From: Candidatus Zhuqueibacterota bacterium
Lineage (GTDB): Bacteria > BS750m-G25
Length of the DNA stretch: 63,201 nucleotides
NCBI GenBank assembly: GCA_016783505.1
Contig: JADHWK010000009.1
Location: 1-63,201 of the forward strand
Reading direction: 5' to 3'
Of this stretch, positions 1 to 10,777 are shown piece after piece. The notes under the pieces are model-generated. The model had not been told where the DNA came from and did not search any database. It was given only the letters and a program-made list of their open reading frames with translations. Both the position numbers and the translations under genes were made by a program. Each line of letters opens with the position of its first letter. Position 1 is the first letter of the stretch.

Positions 1-139
1 TCCCATAACCGTTTAACGAATGACGAGACGATCCCGAAGCTTTCCCGAATTTTCGGGACAACCGTTCGACGCAACCGGATGTCTCAGGAATTCTCCAAAC
101 CTTAAGATTGATAAAGTTGCCCAGAAGGGGCTAAGTTCT
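1..139. repeat. Dispersed ~120-140 bp repeat, copy 1 (inverted relative to 13402-13539)
   Basis: CCCATAACCGTTTAACGAATGACGAGACGA...CAACCGTTCGACGCAACCGGATGTCTCAGG...CTAAGTTCT matches the reverse complement of 13402-13539 apart from short palindromic inserts. Confidence 0.9.
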
Positions 140-234
140 ATTTTCTTCTCTCACACTTCAATCCCGAATCCTCGGTATTCAATATTCGATATTCATTATT
201 CCAAAACTGTTTTCGCAAATAAATACACGAAAAT

Positions 235-744
235 TTAAGGGGGAGCACCCAGAACCATAAGTACCTCGTTTTTTTTCACCGATTGTCCCACTTTTACCCT
301 GACGGCCTCCACTGTCCCTGCCATTGGGGTACGGATTTCATTTTCCATCTTCATGGCTTCTACCACCATAACCCCCTGCCCGGTGGAAACCGGATCGCCC
401 GGACCCACCTCGACCTTGACCACCATCCCCGGCATGGGGGCCCGGATTTCATGGTGAACCGAGGGTCCTTCTTTCGACCTGCCAAATTCTTTAAACAGCC
501 TCTGACGCTCATCCTCAAGATTAACCAGGAACCGATTTCCCCCGACCTCCACGCGGTATCCAGGGCCGTCGGGATGGATGCGCACCTGATAACTCCTGTG
601 GTTTACGATCAGGGAAAAGTTGGAAGGATCCCCCACCGGCCGAAAATCCACCCCGTAGGAGTTTTTTTCGATGCGTATTTTTCCATCCCCCCGGCTGGTT
701 TCCACCCTGTATTCCCTGTCGCCAATTTGTGCCCGGTATTTCAT
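235..744 (-). CDS. Biotin carboxyl carrier protein (acyl-CoA carboxylase subunit)
   Basis: APMPG and EAMKMENEI biotinylation motif; downstream of biotin carboxylase. Confidence 0.92.
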   Translation of the reverse strand: MKYRAQIGDREYRVETSRGDGKIRIEKNSYGVDFRPVGDPSNFSLIVNHRSYQVRIHPDGPGYRVEVGGNRFLVNLEDERQRLFKEFGRSKEGPSVHHEIRAPMPGMVVKVEVGPGDPVSTGQGVMVVEAMKMENEIRTPMAGTVEAVRVKVGQSVKKNEVLMVLGAPP

Positions 745-1001
745 ATCACGGATTTCACGGATTAAAACGGATTTTTATTCCAATCTTATCCCAAATCGAT
801 CAATTTAATCCCAAGGTTTCGGGATTTTAAAAGGCTGACGTTTTAACTCCAATAATTTCAAAACAATGGATTTAATCCCGATGCTTCGGGATTCGTGATG
901 GAGGTTACATTAAATTATACCGCTTATCCTAGTCTCCCTTTCTCCCCATCTCCCCGTCGCTTGGTTGTCTACCCTTCCGTTAAAAAAAAACTATCTCATT
1001 T

Positions 1002-2507
1002 TTATCTCAACCCTTGCATAATCCCCTGGGTCTTCCAGCGGTTTTCTTTCCCCCTTTGATTCCCTTGAACAAGACCGATAGTCTTACTTTTCTCCCACTC
1101 CTGGAAAAGAATCGCCCCCAGAACCGCTGTCTCCTTTAAATCCTCACCTGCAATCCCTACCGATTGACCATTGAATTCCTCTTCGACAAAGTGGGTGTCA
1201 AATTCTCCTGTAACGAACCGGGGATTGTTCATCACGAATTGGCAAAACGGGATAGTTGTTTCGACCCCCCCGATCTCGTATTCCCCCAGGGCCCGTTTCA
1301 TCCGCTCAATGGCCTCGCTGCGGTCCCTACCCCAAGTGATAAGCTTGGCGATCAAAGGGTCGTAGTATATGGTGATCTCACATCCCTTATAGAGGGCGGA
1401 ATCCTCCCTGACCCCATAACCACCAGGTACGTTCAGGTGACGGATGGTGCCGATGGAGGGCATGAAGCCCTCACCCACGTCCTCGGCGTAGATGCGGCTT
1501 TCAATGGCATGGCCGTTTCGTTTCACTTCTTCTTGGGTCAGGGCTAAAGGTTCGCCGGAAGCGATCCGGAGCTGCTCCCCCACCAGGTCCAGCCCGGTGA
1601 CCCATTCGGTGACCGGATGTTCAACCTGAAGCCGGGCGTTCACCTCGAGAAAATAAAAATTCCGGTTCTGGTCCAACAAAAATTCGATGGTACCCGCATT
1701 GTGGTAGCTACAGGCCCGGGCCACGGAAAGCGCCGTCTGGGCCATTTTTCCCCGGAGGTCATCATCCAGCAAGGTGGAAGGGGATTCCTCAATCAACTTC
1801 TGGTGCCGGCGCTGGATAGAACACTCCCTCTCCCCCAGATGAATGAGGTTGCCGTATTGGTCGGCCAGAATTTGAAATTCGATGTGGCGGGGATGCTCCA
1901 GGTACTTTTCCAGGTAGATTTCGGGATTGCCAAACGCCGATTTAGCCTCCCCCTGGGCTCCCCTCATGGCACTCGCCAGTTCCTTCTCTACGTATACGAT
2001 GCGCATTCCCTTCCCCCCACCCCCGGCTGAGGCCTTGATCAGCACTGGGTAACCAATTTTCGCTGCTTCCAGGCGACACTCTTCGATATCCCTGATGCCC
2101 ACCATAGTTCCGGGAATGATGGGCACACCGGCAGCCTGCATAGTGTGCCGGGCCTGGGTCTTGTCCCCCATAGACCGTATCGTCCTCCCGGTAGGGCCGA
2201 TGAAGATCAGACCCCCCTCCTCAACCCTATCAGCGAAATCAGCGTTCTCGGCCAGGAAGCCGTAACCGGGATGGATGGCTTCGGCGCCAGCCTTCTTGGC
2301 TACCTCAATAATTTTTTCCTGTCTGAGGTAGCTCTCTATCACCGGGGGCGGGCCGATGAAATAGGCCTCATCGGCCATCCGGGTATGGAGGGACAGCCGG
2401 TCAGCCTCCGAATAAATGGCCACCGTCTCGATCCCCATCTCCCGACAGGTGCGGATGATACGCACGGCGATCTCTCCCCGGTTGGCGATCAAAATTTTCT
2501 TAATCAT
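1002..2507 (-). CDS. accC: Biotin carboxylase subunit of acetyl/propionyl-CoA carboxylase
   Basis: KILIANRGEIA, HPGYGFLAEN, GGGGKGMR, ERECSIQRRHQK, RLQVEHPVTE. Confidence 0.95.
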   Translation of the reverse strand: MIKKILIANRGEIAVRIIRTCREMGIETVAIYSEADRLSLHTRMADEAYFIGPPPVIESYLRQEKIIEVAKKAGAEAIHPGYGFLAENADFADRVEEGGLIFIGPTGRTIRSMGDKTQARHTMQAAGVPIIPGTMVGIRDIEECRLEAAKIGYPVLIKASAGGGGKGMRIVYVEKELASAMRGAQGEAKSAFGNPEIYLEKYLEHPRHIEFQILADQYGNLIHLGERECSIQRRHQKLIEESPSTLLDDDLRGKMAQTALSVARACSYHNAGTIEFLLDQNRNFYFLEVNARLQVEHPVTEWVTGLDLVGEQLRIASGEPLALTQEEVKRNGHAIESRIYAEDVGEGFMPSIGTIRHLNVPGGYGVREDSALYKGCEITIYYDPLIAKLITWGRDRSEAIERMKRALGEYEIGGVETTIPFCQFVMNNPRFVTGEFDTHFVEEEFNGQSVGIAGEDLKETAVLGAILFQEWEKSKTIGLVQGNQRGKENRWKTQGIMQGLR

Positions 2508-2909
2508 CTATCACCCATGATTTCCTAGTTTGTCAAGCTGATAAAATATAATGAATTGAGTCATCATTGTCAATACTAAAATAACCTAATACCTGAATGT
2601 CCCATATTTTCTCGGGTTATTCCATTGGCGTTAATCCCAATGTTTCGGGATAACTCCTTAAAATCCAAATGTCACTTCAGGGTTGCCCCTTGAAGCATTG
2701 CAGAGCCATCTTGGCCCTTTTTTGGAAGGGTTGATTTTTTCCTTGCATTTTTTAAAATAATTCCTAAATTATAAAGAAGTAGATGCTAAAATGAATATTA
2801 AAGAACCAGTTCGCATATACCATTGATTAATCCGTTAACCTGAACCTTTTGGTTTGGTAATACGGACAATAGGCACAATTGAACGCTTGCAACACAGGAA
2901 GATGAACCT

Positions 2910-3857
2910 ATGAACCAGACACACGTTGTATTTGGCGCTGCCGGAGCATTGGGAGCAGCTATAGTGCGGTGGCTGACCACTGAAGGCACATCTGTACGTG
3001 CCGTAGTGCGGGATGTGGAGCGAGCGCTCCGGGTGCTGCCACCATCGGCTGATGTCGTTGTTGGCGACGCGACGGGCGCCGAGAGCGTCCGCGCGGTCTG
3101 CCGAGAGGCGGCGGTAATCTACCAGTGCGTCAACGTACCGTACCACAAATGGACAGCCGTGATGCCGGGCGTGACAGATAATATCCTAACTGGAGCCCGC
3201 GAAGCCAAGGCGCGGTTGGTCTTCCCTGGCAATGTTTACGGTTACGGCCCGTTCCAAAAGATTCCAGTGACCGAAGATCACCCGCTGGCAGCGACGAGCA
3301 AGAAGGGTCGGCTTCGCAACACGATGGAACGCATGTTGATGGACGCGCATCAGGCGGGGGATGTGCACGTGGTCATCCCGCGTTTCCCAGATTACTACGG
3401 TCCGAACGTTACCAACAAATTAATGGCGCCGATCTTCGAGGCAGCGCTGGCGGGCAAGAAGGCGTCGTGGCCGGGCAAGTTAGATGTGCCGCACGACCTT
3501 GTTTACATTGACGATGCCGCCGCGTGTGTTCTGTTCGGCACGACCGAAAGTGCATACGGTCAGGTGTAGCACGTGCCCGGCGCAGGACCACTTACCGGGC
3601 GGCAGTTCATCGAAATGGCATTCAAGGCCGCTGGCACAAAACCGAATCTAGGCGTGATGGGGCGTGGCTTCTTCCGGTTCTTCGGGCTGTTCGTGCCAGA
3701 CGCACGTGAGATGGTAGAATTGATGTACGAATTCGAAGAGACGCTCATACTAAACGGCAGCAAATTCGCGGGGGCGTTCCCATCGTTCAAGTTCACACCA
3801 CACGAAGATGCTGTGCGTCAAACGGTCGAATGGTTCCGTCAGCGGTCATTCTCGTAA
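2910..3857 (+). pseudogene. NAD-dependent epimerase/dehydratase (atypical SDR) interrupted by an in-frame TAG at 3567-3569
   Basis: GAAGALG Rossmann motif; ORFs 2910-3569 and 3573-3857 are in one frame and read AYGQV*HVPG, where this family usually has Trp. Confidence 0.8.
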
Positions 3858-3899
3858 TTCGGCGACGGATAATAAAGGCAGAATGCGGCGTTCAACTAC

Positions 3900-3992
3900 G
3901 CCTAACAGGGTGTTTGCGGGAAGCTAAAGCTCAACCAAATCCTGTTCCCAAACTTCGGGATCGAGACTTCGCAAACACGGACAACGTTGGGT
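3900..3992 (+). mobile_element. Integron attC-like recombination site
   Basis: R'' GCCTAAC (3900) ... R' GTTGGGT (3986); inner arms GTGTTTGCG..GAAG / CTTCGCAAACAC; lies between two co-oriented accessory genes. Confidence 0.75.
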
Positions 3993-4035
3993 GCAATTCC
4001 GCCCAATAAAAGTTCACACGAAGGGATTTTTTCAA

Positions 4036-4677
4036 ATGGAATATGATGAAACCTATAGTAACATTGATAACTTTTTTGGAGTGGAACCTGTGCCAATCCT
4101 AAGAAATTACTATCATATGTTAAATAAATATAAGCCAATCTTAGATATCGGGGTAGGACAGGGCCGTAATGCATTATTTTTTGCGAGAAAAGGCTTTGTG
4201 GTTGATGCGATTGATCCATCAAAAGTCGCCATCAATACTGTGTCAGCCATAGCTGTGAAAGAAGGGTTACCTATCCATACATGTCAATGTAGTTTCGATA
4301 CATTTATTCCCCAAACCGATTTCTACTCAGGAATTCTCATATTTGGTCTTATTCAAATATTGTCCTGGGAATCTATTGAGCTTCTTCTTGAAAAGGTCAA
4401 GATTTGGACCAAGGAGGGAAGTTTAATATTTGTCACGGGATTCACCACAGCGGATCCATCGTTTTCTCGATATTTACGGGAATGGAAAACCATTGGAAAG
4501 AACTCATTTATGGATAAGCAAGGTAACATCAGAACTTATCTGGAAGCAGGGGAAATCCTAAATCTATTTAGCGAATTTAATGTGATATACCACTGGGAAG
4601 GCATGGGTCCAGAACACAGGCACGGAGATGGCCCGCTCCATATACATGGGAAGTTCGAAGTGGCGCTTCAGAAATAA
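4036..4677 (+). CDS. Class I SAM-dependent methyltransferase (TehB-like)
   Basis: ILDIGVGQGRNALF motif I, VDAIDPS; ATG at 4036 preferred because the GTG at 3991 is inside the attC. Confidence 0.85.
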   Translation: MEYDETYSNIDNFFGVEPVPILRNYYHMLNKYKPILDIGVGQGRNALFFARKGFVVDAIDPSKVAINTVSAIAVKEGLPIHTCQCSFDTFIPQTDFYSGILIFGLIQILSWESIELLLEKVKIWTKEGSLIFVTGFTTADPSFSRYLREWKTIGKNSFMDKQGNIRTYLEAGEILNLFSEFNVIYHWEGMGPEHRHGDGPLHIHGKFEVALQK

Positions 4678-4690
4678 CATCGGGTCAACT

Positions 4691-4745
4691 GCACCTAACA
4701 GCGTTTGCCTGCCTGGTGGCAGACAAGCGGTTCGCTTCGCTTACC
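4691..4745 (+). mobile_element. Degenerate attC remnant (left half)
   Basis: GCACCTAAC just after the stop codon is complementary at 8/9 positions to GTTGGGTGC at 3986; no clear R' end. Confidence 0.5.
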
Positions 4746-4964
4746 CAAATGCCTTCGGCTCCATGGTAGTTTTAATTCATGTCTCATGTCTATCTAATGG
4801 AAAAAATCAATCTGTGGGTTTAGCGGGGTATGCAAATTAATTCTGAATTCCTTTGCTGACAAACCCCCGTGCGATGAAGGATATATCGCAAGATATATAA
4901 TATCGAAATAAGCAAGGAAAGGAAATTCAGAAAGAAAAAATTAAGGCAAACAATAACCAGTATC

Positions 4965-6065
4965 ATGAATGTCCTTTTTTTACAGGAACAGCCCTGTATT
5001 CGGGCGTTGAAATATGCCCATGGTTTAAAGAAATACGGGAAAAAACTGAGACTGTTCTTCGGGTTCTGTGGGAAAACCCTAAGCGAACTTTACGGTCATG
5101 GTGATGAACTGTTTCTTGAATGGATCAAGTTGGATGGAGTCCCAGAGGAGGCTATCCCGGACATTATCAAGGGACTACGTATAGACCTGATCCACAGCCA
5201 AAACGCCCCGGACGACCTGACTGTTGCTTCCATACGCAGCCTGGGGAATGGGTTCCCCATCATCCACGATATTCATGACCTGATTTCCATCAGAAACACG
5301 CCTTACGACGATGGGATAGATCGGATCAATCCCCATCATCAACATGTCTGGAAACAAGAAAGGACGGCTATAGAACAGAGCCGGGGGATCATCGCCGTCT
5401 CGGAGGAAATAATCTCAATCGTTCGCCAGAAATACAATCTTGATTCCCCCAAAGTCCTCGTGTTTCCCAATCTTGTTTCCGAGGACATGATACCGGGTTT
5501 CCTGAAGCCGAAACTCTCTGAAATGTACGGCGGGACGCACATCGTCTATGAAGGGCATCTGGATAACCATAACCGAGGTGGTCATTACGATCTTTTAGAA
5601 ATTTTCAGGGAGATCGCCGGACAGGGGATCCATATTCATATCTACGGTTCCCGTGAAAGCGATTTATATAGGGATCTGGGTTCGGAGAACGGGTTCGTTC
5701 ATTATCACGGCAGTTTACCTTCAAAGTTATTGCTGGAGGAAATAACCCAATATGATTTCGGCTGGGCCGGGTTCAATATAAGCGTTAATAAAACCCATAC
5801 CGACACGGTGTTGGCCAACAAGACCATAGAATATATATCCGCCGGGCTGCCGGTCATATCCTTTCCACACCGGGCCCAAAAAAAGTTCATCGAAACACAT
5901 AATGTGGGAATAGTTATTGAGGATTTGTCCGGGCTCAAACGAAGCTTACAGCATCCCCGGATGGATGGTATTCGCAGTTCAGTCCTTCACCAGAGGTGTT
6001 CTTTTACGGTAAAAAATAACATCGGTACCCTCTATGACTTTTATCGTAACTGTTTGCTCCAATAA
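4965..6065 (+). CDS. Glycosyltransferase (GT-B/GT4-like)
   Basis: IIHDIHD, IIAVSE, ANKTIEYISAGLPVI. Confidence 0.8.
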   Translation: MNVLFLQEQPCIRALKYAHGLKKYGKKLRLFFGFCGKTLSELYGHGDELFLEWIKLDGVPEEAIPDIIKGLRIDLIHSQNAPDDLTVASIRSLGNGFPIIHDIHDLISIRNTPYDDGIDRINPHHQHVWKQERTAIEQSRGIIAVSEEIISIVRQKYNLDSPKVLVFPNLVSEDMIPGFLKPKLSEMYGGTHIVYEGHLDNHNRGGHYDLLEIFREIAGQGIHIHIYGSRESDLYRDLGSENGFVHYHGSLPSKLLLEEITQYDFGWAGFNISVNKTHTDTVLANKTIEYISAGLPVISFPHRAQKKFIETHNVGIVIEDLSGLKRSLQHPRMDGIRSSVLHQRCSFTVKNNIGTLYDFYRNCLLQ

Positions 6066-6277
6066 CCCATTATTCCCCATACGGGCCTTGCCTGCCCGGC
6101 CAGAGGGGCATCATTACACCATTCCCTACGGGCTGCAGGCCATTATTTCAATTGAAGCGTAGTCTCTAAGTTCTTTAATCCGTGAGAATCAGTCGCATCT
6201 GTGTTATCAGTGTTCTATTGTTTTGCTTCGAAAATAAAATTTTCATCCCTTGTTGAAATTTAAGGCAGGAGGGAACC

Positions 6278-6742
6278 ATGAAGATCACCGAAACAAGTAA
6301 GGAGATCATTTACTTCAGGCCCAACGATGCCAAAAAGGTGGGGAAGAACTGTTATTATCTTGACAAGATCATCTGGCTCAACGCCGACAATATTGAGCTG
6401 GGGGACAACGTCTGCTTCAATCACGGCTGTTACGTCAACGGCTATGGCGGTTTAAAAATGGGAAACAATTCGGGTTTGGGACCTTACTGTATGGTTCATA
6501 CCGCCAACCATGAATTTGACGAGAAAAAGGTCAGCATGACCTCCTGGACCAAAGCCCCGGTCACCATCGGGGAAAATTGTTGGATTGGTATGGGGGTCTG
6601 CATCCTTCCCGGGGTCACCATCGGAGACAGGGTTATAATCGGTGCCGGCAGCGTCATCGTCCATGACATCCCTTCGGACGTTATTGCAGTGGGGAACCCC
6701 TGCCGTCCCATCAAAACCCGGCGGGGGGAGAGAATACCGTAA
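6278..6742 (+). CDS. Hexapeptide-repeat sugar O-acyltransferase
   Basis: PVTIGENCWIGMGVCILPGVTIG...GAGSVI...GNPCR. Confidence 0.88.
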   Translation: MKITETSKEIIYFRPNDAKKVGKNCYYLDKIIWLNADNIELGDNVCFNHGCYVNGYGGLKMGNNSGLGPYCMVHTANHEFDEKKVSMTSWTKAPVTIGENCWIGMGVCILPGVTIGDRVIIGAGSVIVHDIPSDVIAVGNPCRPIKTRRGERIP

Positions 6743-6878
6743 TAGGTTAGTTTACGCAGGTTTCTATGGAAACCTGCACCACTCTGTGGTTTGTAGATTT
6801 CGAACTTGACATTTAAAAAAATTTTTTGTAAATATAGTGGACTTACGATAAAACCTTAACCTGACCAGGAGATAACCG

Positions 6879-9647
6879 ATGAAGCGATTAGGAATCGTTA
6901 TTTTGTTGGGTCTTGTCTTTTTAACCCCCGCGTTTTCACAGAGCCAAACGGATGTCCGCCTTGAGGCCATCCAAGCGGCCATCAGGACAAAGGGAGTTGA
7001 ATGGCAGGCAAGACCTAACCCCATCTGGAATTTGGCCCCGAAGGCCCGGAGGCAGCTTTTGGGATGGAAAAAGGAGTTGGAACCCCCCAGGGACCCCAGG
7101 GTTGACCACCTCTACTATCCCGAAGTTGAGGAAACGATCTTAGATTGGCGCGACTACGAAGGCCATAACTGGATGACCCCGGTAGAGGACCAGGAGAGTT
7201 GCGGTAGCTGCTGGGCCTTCGGTGCTACGGGGGCCCTGACGGCCAACATCAAGATCTCCGCCAACGCCCCCGACCTTCTGATCAACCTCTCAGAACAGTA
7301 TCTCCTTTCCTGCAGCGGTGGGAGCTGTAATGGTTGGAGCATCTACAACGTCCTTAACTTTCTCAGTAATTACGGCACTACCGATGAGGGCTGCTTTCCC
7401 TACCATGCTAGGGACGACATCCCCTGCACCAACCGTTGCCCTGACTGGCAACTGCGCATCAGAAGGATTGCAGACCTCGGCCATGGTGGAAGCTCCGTAA
7501 ATGCCATAAAAAACATGGTTGAGAATGGCCCTATCGAGGTGGGCTTTGACGTCTACGAGGACTTCTATTCCTATTCGGGGGGTGTTTATCACCATGTTTG
7601 GGGAGACTACGAAGGGGGGCACGCCGTGGTCCTCCTGGGCTGGAGTGACTCTTTGCAGTGCTGGATCTGCAAGAACAGTTGGGGCCCTAATTGGGGAGAG
7701 TACGGCTATTTTCGCATCGGTTGGGGGGAATGCGGCATTCAGGACTGGGCCTACTGGATGACCCCAGACAGCACCCAGTTTCCCTTCCTGAGCTATGACT
7801 CCGTCGCCTTTACCGAGATCACCGGTGATGAGGATGGGATCCTGAATCCGGGAGAAACCTGCACGGCGGAGATCACCCTCACCAATGCGGCAAGCTGGGC
7901 CCCTGCCACCTCGGTAAGCGCCGTGCTTCGAAGTGCCGACCCCCGGATCACCATTCTCGACAGCATCGCCGACTTCGGGGGCATCCCCCCGGGAACGACG
8001 GCAACCAACCTGAATCATCCCTTCACCCTTTCCGTAGTCCCCAATTCCGGGATCTGTGAGATTCTCCTAACCCTGGATGTAACCACCACCAATCAGAGTG
8101 GAGGAAACCAATACTACGCCACCTTCGACTTCAGTTTTCCCATCACCATTCATCAAGCGGGCTTCCCAATTCCCATCTGGGAGGGTATCCGTTCCTCCCC
8201 GGTGGTGGTGGACCTGGATGGGGATGGTCATCCTGAGATCATCTGCGGCGACAATGCCGGGCGTCTAAACGTCTGGAATGCCGATGGGTCCTTGAAGGAC
8301 GGCTTCCCGTTTTCCACGGACGGGTTCATCTGGTCTTCCCCGGCGGTGGGCGATGTCAACGGCGACGGAGATCTTGAAATCGTCTTCGGGTCAAAAGATG
8401 ATACCCTTTATGTCCTCGGGGCCGATGGTTCCTTAGTCTTCAAGCGGGGAACTAACGGTTATGTACTGGCAACGCCGGCCCTGGCAGACCTGAATGGGGA
8501 CGGCGCCCAGGAGATCATCTTCGGGGGGTATGATAAGCATCTCTATATTATTTTAGGGGACGGTAGCGATTATAATGGCTTCTTTCCCAGGTATTTGGAT
8601 TCCGGGGGAAAGGTGACAGTAGGGGCGGCAGTGGCCGACTTAAGCGGCGACAATATCCTGGACATCGTAGTGGTGACCTGGGACCACAAAGTGCACGCCT
8701 TTTCCAGCAACGGGGATTCCCTGTGGACGTATACAGCGGGCGGAAAGATAAAATCCGCCCCTTCTGTGGCTGATTTGGACGGAGAGGGGGGATTGGAAGT
8801 GGTCTTCGGATGCGATGACAGAAATCTTTACATTCTCGATGCCAGTGGGAACCTCCTGAGCAGTGTCCCCACAGATGGGAAGGTGCAATCATCCCCGGCT
8901 TTTGCCGACGTAGATGGAGATGGTGATCTGGAGATCTTTTCCGGGGCCAACGACGGCCACTTCTATGGCATCCACCACGATGGGAATGCGGTGACCGGTT
9001 GGCCGCTGCTGGCTGATGGAAGTTTTGTGGATACCTCACCCTCGTTTGCTGATCTGGACGGGGATGGGGAAGTTGAAGTTATTTTCTCCTCATCCGGGGG
9101 CAGCCTCTGGGCACTTCATATTGACGGCAATCCCATGGACTATTTTCCCCTCCACATCGGGGGCGGCTGGGAGCGCTCTTCATCTACCACCGCTGACCTC
9201 GACGGTGACGGTGATCTGGAGATCGTCTTAGGAAACGGGACCGGTCTGTGGGTGGAAGACATAAAGACTACCGCTGGCAGCAATAGTTATTGGAATACCT
9301 TCCGGGGAAACCCCCGCCGGACCGGATACTACGGCGACGTCGAAACAGCGGTTCCCATCCCCCCCAGGGAAGGTGGAATACCCCAGACCTTTTTTCTCTC
9401 AGCGAATTTTCCCAACCCGTTTAACCCATTCACCACATTTCGATATGGTCTACCCACAGCATCCTATGTGACGCTTAAGGTTTACAATCTCCTGGGCGAG
9501 GAAATCGCTACTCCTGTGGAGGGACATCAAAAGGCCGGATTCCACCAACTGCGGTGGAACGCTTCTGCACTTCCCTCCGGCGTTTACTTTTACCAACTCA
9601 AGGTCGGAAACTTCCAGTGGGCAAAGAAGATGATATTGTTGAAATAA
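6879..9647 (+). CDS. Secreted papain-family (C1A) cysteine peptidase with FG-GAP/VCBS repeats and T9SS/FlgD-like C-terminal domain
   Basis: Signal peptide; QESCGSCWAF, GGHAV, KNSWG catalytic motifs; repeated DLDGDG; NFPNPFNP...KKMILLK tail. Confidence 0.9.
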   Translation: MKRLGIVILLGLVFLTPAFSQSQTDVRLEAIQAAIRTKGVEWQARPNPIWNLAPKARRQLLGWKKELEPPRDPRVDHLYYPEVEETILDWRDYEGHNWMTPVEDQESCGSCWAFGATGALTANIKISANAPDLLINLSEQYLLSCSGGSCNGWSIYNVLNFLSNYGTTDEGCFPYHARDDIPCTNRCPDWQLRIRRIADLGHGGSSVNAIKNMVENGPIEVGFDVYEDFYSYSGGVYHHVWGDYEGGHAVVLLGWSDSLQCWICKNSWGPNWGEYGYFRIGWGECGIQDWAYWMTPDSTQFPFLSYDSVAFTEITGDEDGILNPGETCTAEITLTNAASWAPATSVSAVLRSADPRITILDSIADFGGIPPGTTATNLNHPFTLSVVPNSGICEILLTLDVTTTNQSGGNQYYATFDFSFPITIHQAGFPIPIWEGIRSSPVVVDLDGDGHPEIICGDNAGRLNVWNADGSLKDGFPFSTDGFIWSSPAVGDVNGDGDLEIVFGSKDDTLYVLGADGSLVFKRGTNGYVLATPALADLNGDGAQEIIFGGYDKHLYIILGDGSDYNGFFPRYLDSGGKVTVGAAVADLSGDNILDIVVVTWDHKVHAFSSNGDSLWTYTAGGKIKSAPSVADLDGEGGLEVVFGCDDRNLYILDASGNLLSSVPTDGKVQSSPAFADVDGDGDLEIFSGANDGHFYGIHHDGNAVTGWPLLADGSFVDTSPSFADLDGDGEVEVIFSSSGGSLWALHIDGNPMDYFPLHIGGGWERSSSTTADLDGDGDLEIVLGNGTGLWVEDIKTTAGSNSYWNTFRGNPRRTGYYGDVETAVPIPPREGGIPQTFFLSANFPNPFNPFTTFRYGLPTASYVTLKVYNLLGEEIATPVEGHQKAGFHQLRWNASALPSGVYFYQLKVGNFQWAKKMILLK

Positions 9648-9678
9648 AGAAGGCCCCCAAATATCTGGGGGCCTTCTT
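9647..9678. terminator. Bidirectional terminator-like hairpin
   Basis: AAGAAGGCCCCCA / TGGGGGCCTTCTT between convergent genes. Confidence 0.75.
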
Positions 9679-9699
9679 AATAAACCTCACTTACTATCC

Positions 9700-10575
9700 T
9701 TAATACTTGTGTTGCTTCTGTTTAACTTCCACAAACTCCCACAAGATAATCCCATCATGGATGGGTTTATCCCGCTTGAAAAGGTAATCCAGAAAATTCA
9801 CCCTAATCGCCTTCCCATCGGCCATGGAGGCATGGATTAAATCCTTCTGGTCGACGATCATCCCCTCGTGGGCGATGACGATGCCCTTCTCAAAGTAACT
9901 TTTCTTCACAAATCCCACTCCGCAGACCCCCGGCAGACGCTTCATAAACTCAGCGTTAATGACTCCCAAGGGAAAGTAGGCCATGGTAATCTCCTTCTCC
10001 CAATCCAAGGGGAGGAAATGGGAGCCATCGGCCTTTCGGTTCAGAATAATAGTGACCGAATCCAACTCTCCGGGCTGGGCCAGTTCCCGGGTCAACTCAT
10101 GGAAATAGGGGGAGGTTAAAATGCGGTCTGCGGTGTAATGCCTCCGGTTCTCATAGAAAATGGGGTCTTCTCCTTCGGGGACGGGATAATAGTTAAGGTA
10201 TCGCATCATCCACCGGGCCTCCTTGAAGCTTGAGGCATGGGCGAGGGCGGAATTGGTCAGCACCAGCACGGTGCAATTGGTGGTATCTACCCGAAAGATG
10301 GGGCCTGTTTCCGGGGGTTTTTCTTCTGCAAGACATTTCAAATCATAAGGCGTCCCCAATCGCAGGATGGAAAAAGCCTTAATTCGTTCGTTAAAATCGG
10401 GAAATCTCCTGTTCAATCGAGGCAGAATCTTATCCACCTCCTTTTCAGTCATCATGTACATGGACTTCTGATGGGCCAGCCAGGTCCACCGATCTTCCTT
10501 TAGATCGGAGGCAATGATGATAACTAACAAGGCCGCAAAAAGTAAGGTGATAATCAAAATTGATTTCTTTTTCAT
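9700..10575 (-). CDS. DUF1460 / AmiA-like peptidoglycan amidase domain protein
   Basis: N-terminal TM; LGTPY, NCT catalytic Cys, RRHY, AHEG, LIHAS. Confidence 0.7.
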   Translation of the reverse strand: MKKKSILIITLLFAALLVIIIASDLKEDRWTWLAHQKSMYMMTEKEVDKILPRLNRRFPDFNERIKAFSILRLGTPYDLKCLAEEKPPETGPIFRVDTTNCTVLVLTNSALAHASSFKEARWMMRYLNYYPVPEGEDPIFYENRRHYTADRILTSPYFHELTRELAQPGELDSVTIILNRKADGSHFLPLDWEKEITMAYFPLGVINAEFMKRLPGVCGVGFVKKSYFEKGIVIAHEGMIVDQKDLIHASMADGKAIRVNFLDYLFKRDKPIHDGIILWEFVEVKQKQHKY

Positions 10576-10777
10576 TATTAACCTTTCAGATTTATAGTTA
10601 AATAGAATAATTTTATATAATTATCCCTATTATCTCTACCCCCCTAAATCCAGAGTTCCCAAATCTATATCAGCAGCCCATTCCAAAGTGGTTTAGATCA
10701 GGCCTCTGGAAAAATGGGAGTTTAGTAGACCTCCTTAGATCAAATCTTTTCAGAACCCTATAAATAATAATAGGCAG

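Noticed and set aside
3567..3600. Pyrrolysine or programmed readthrough
   Set aside because: The position fits a conserved Trp one substitution away, other genes here use TAG as a normal stop, and no pyl genes are in the window.
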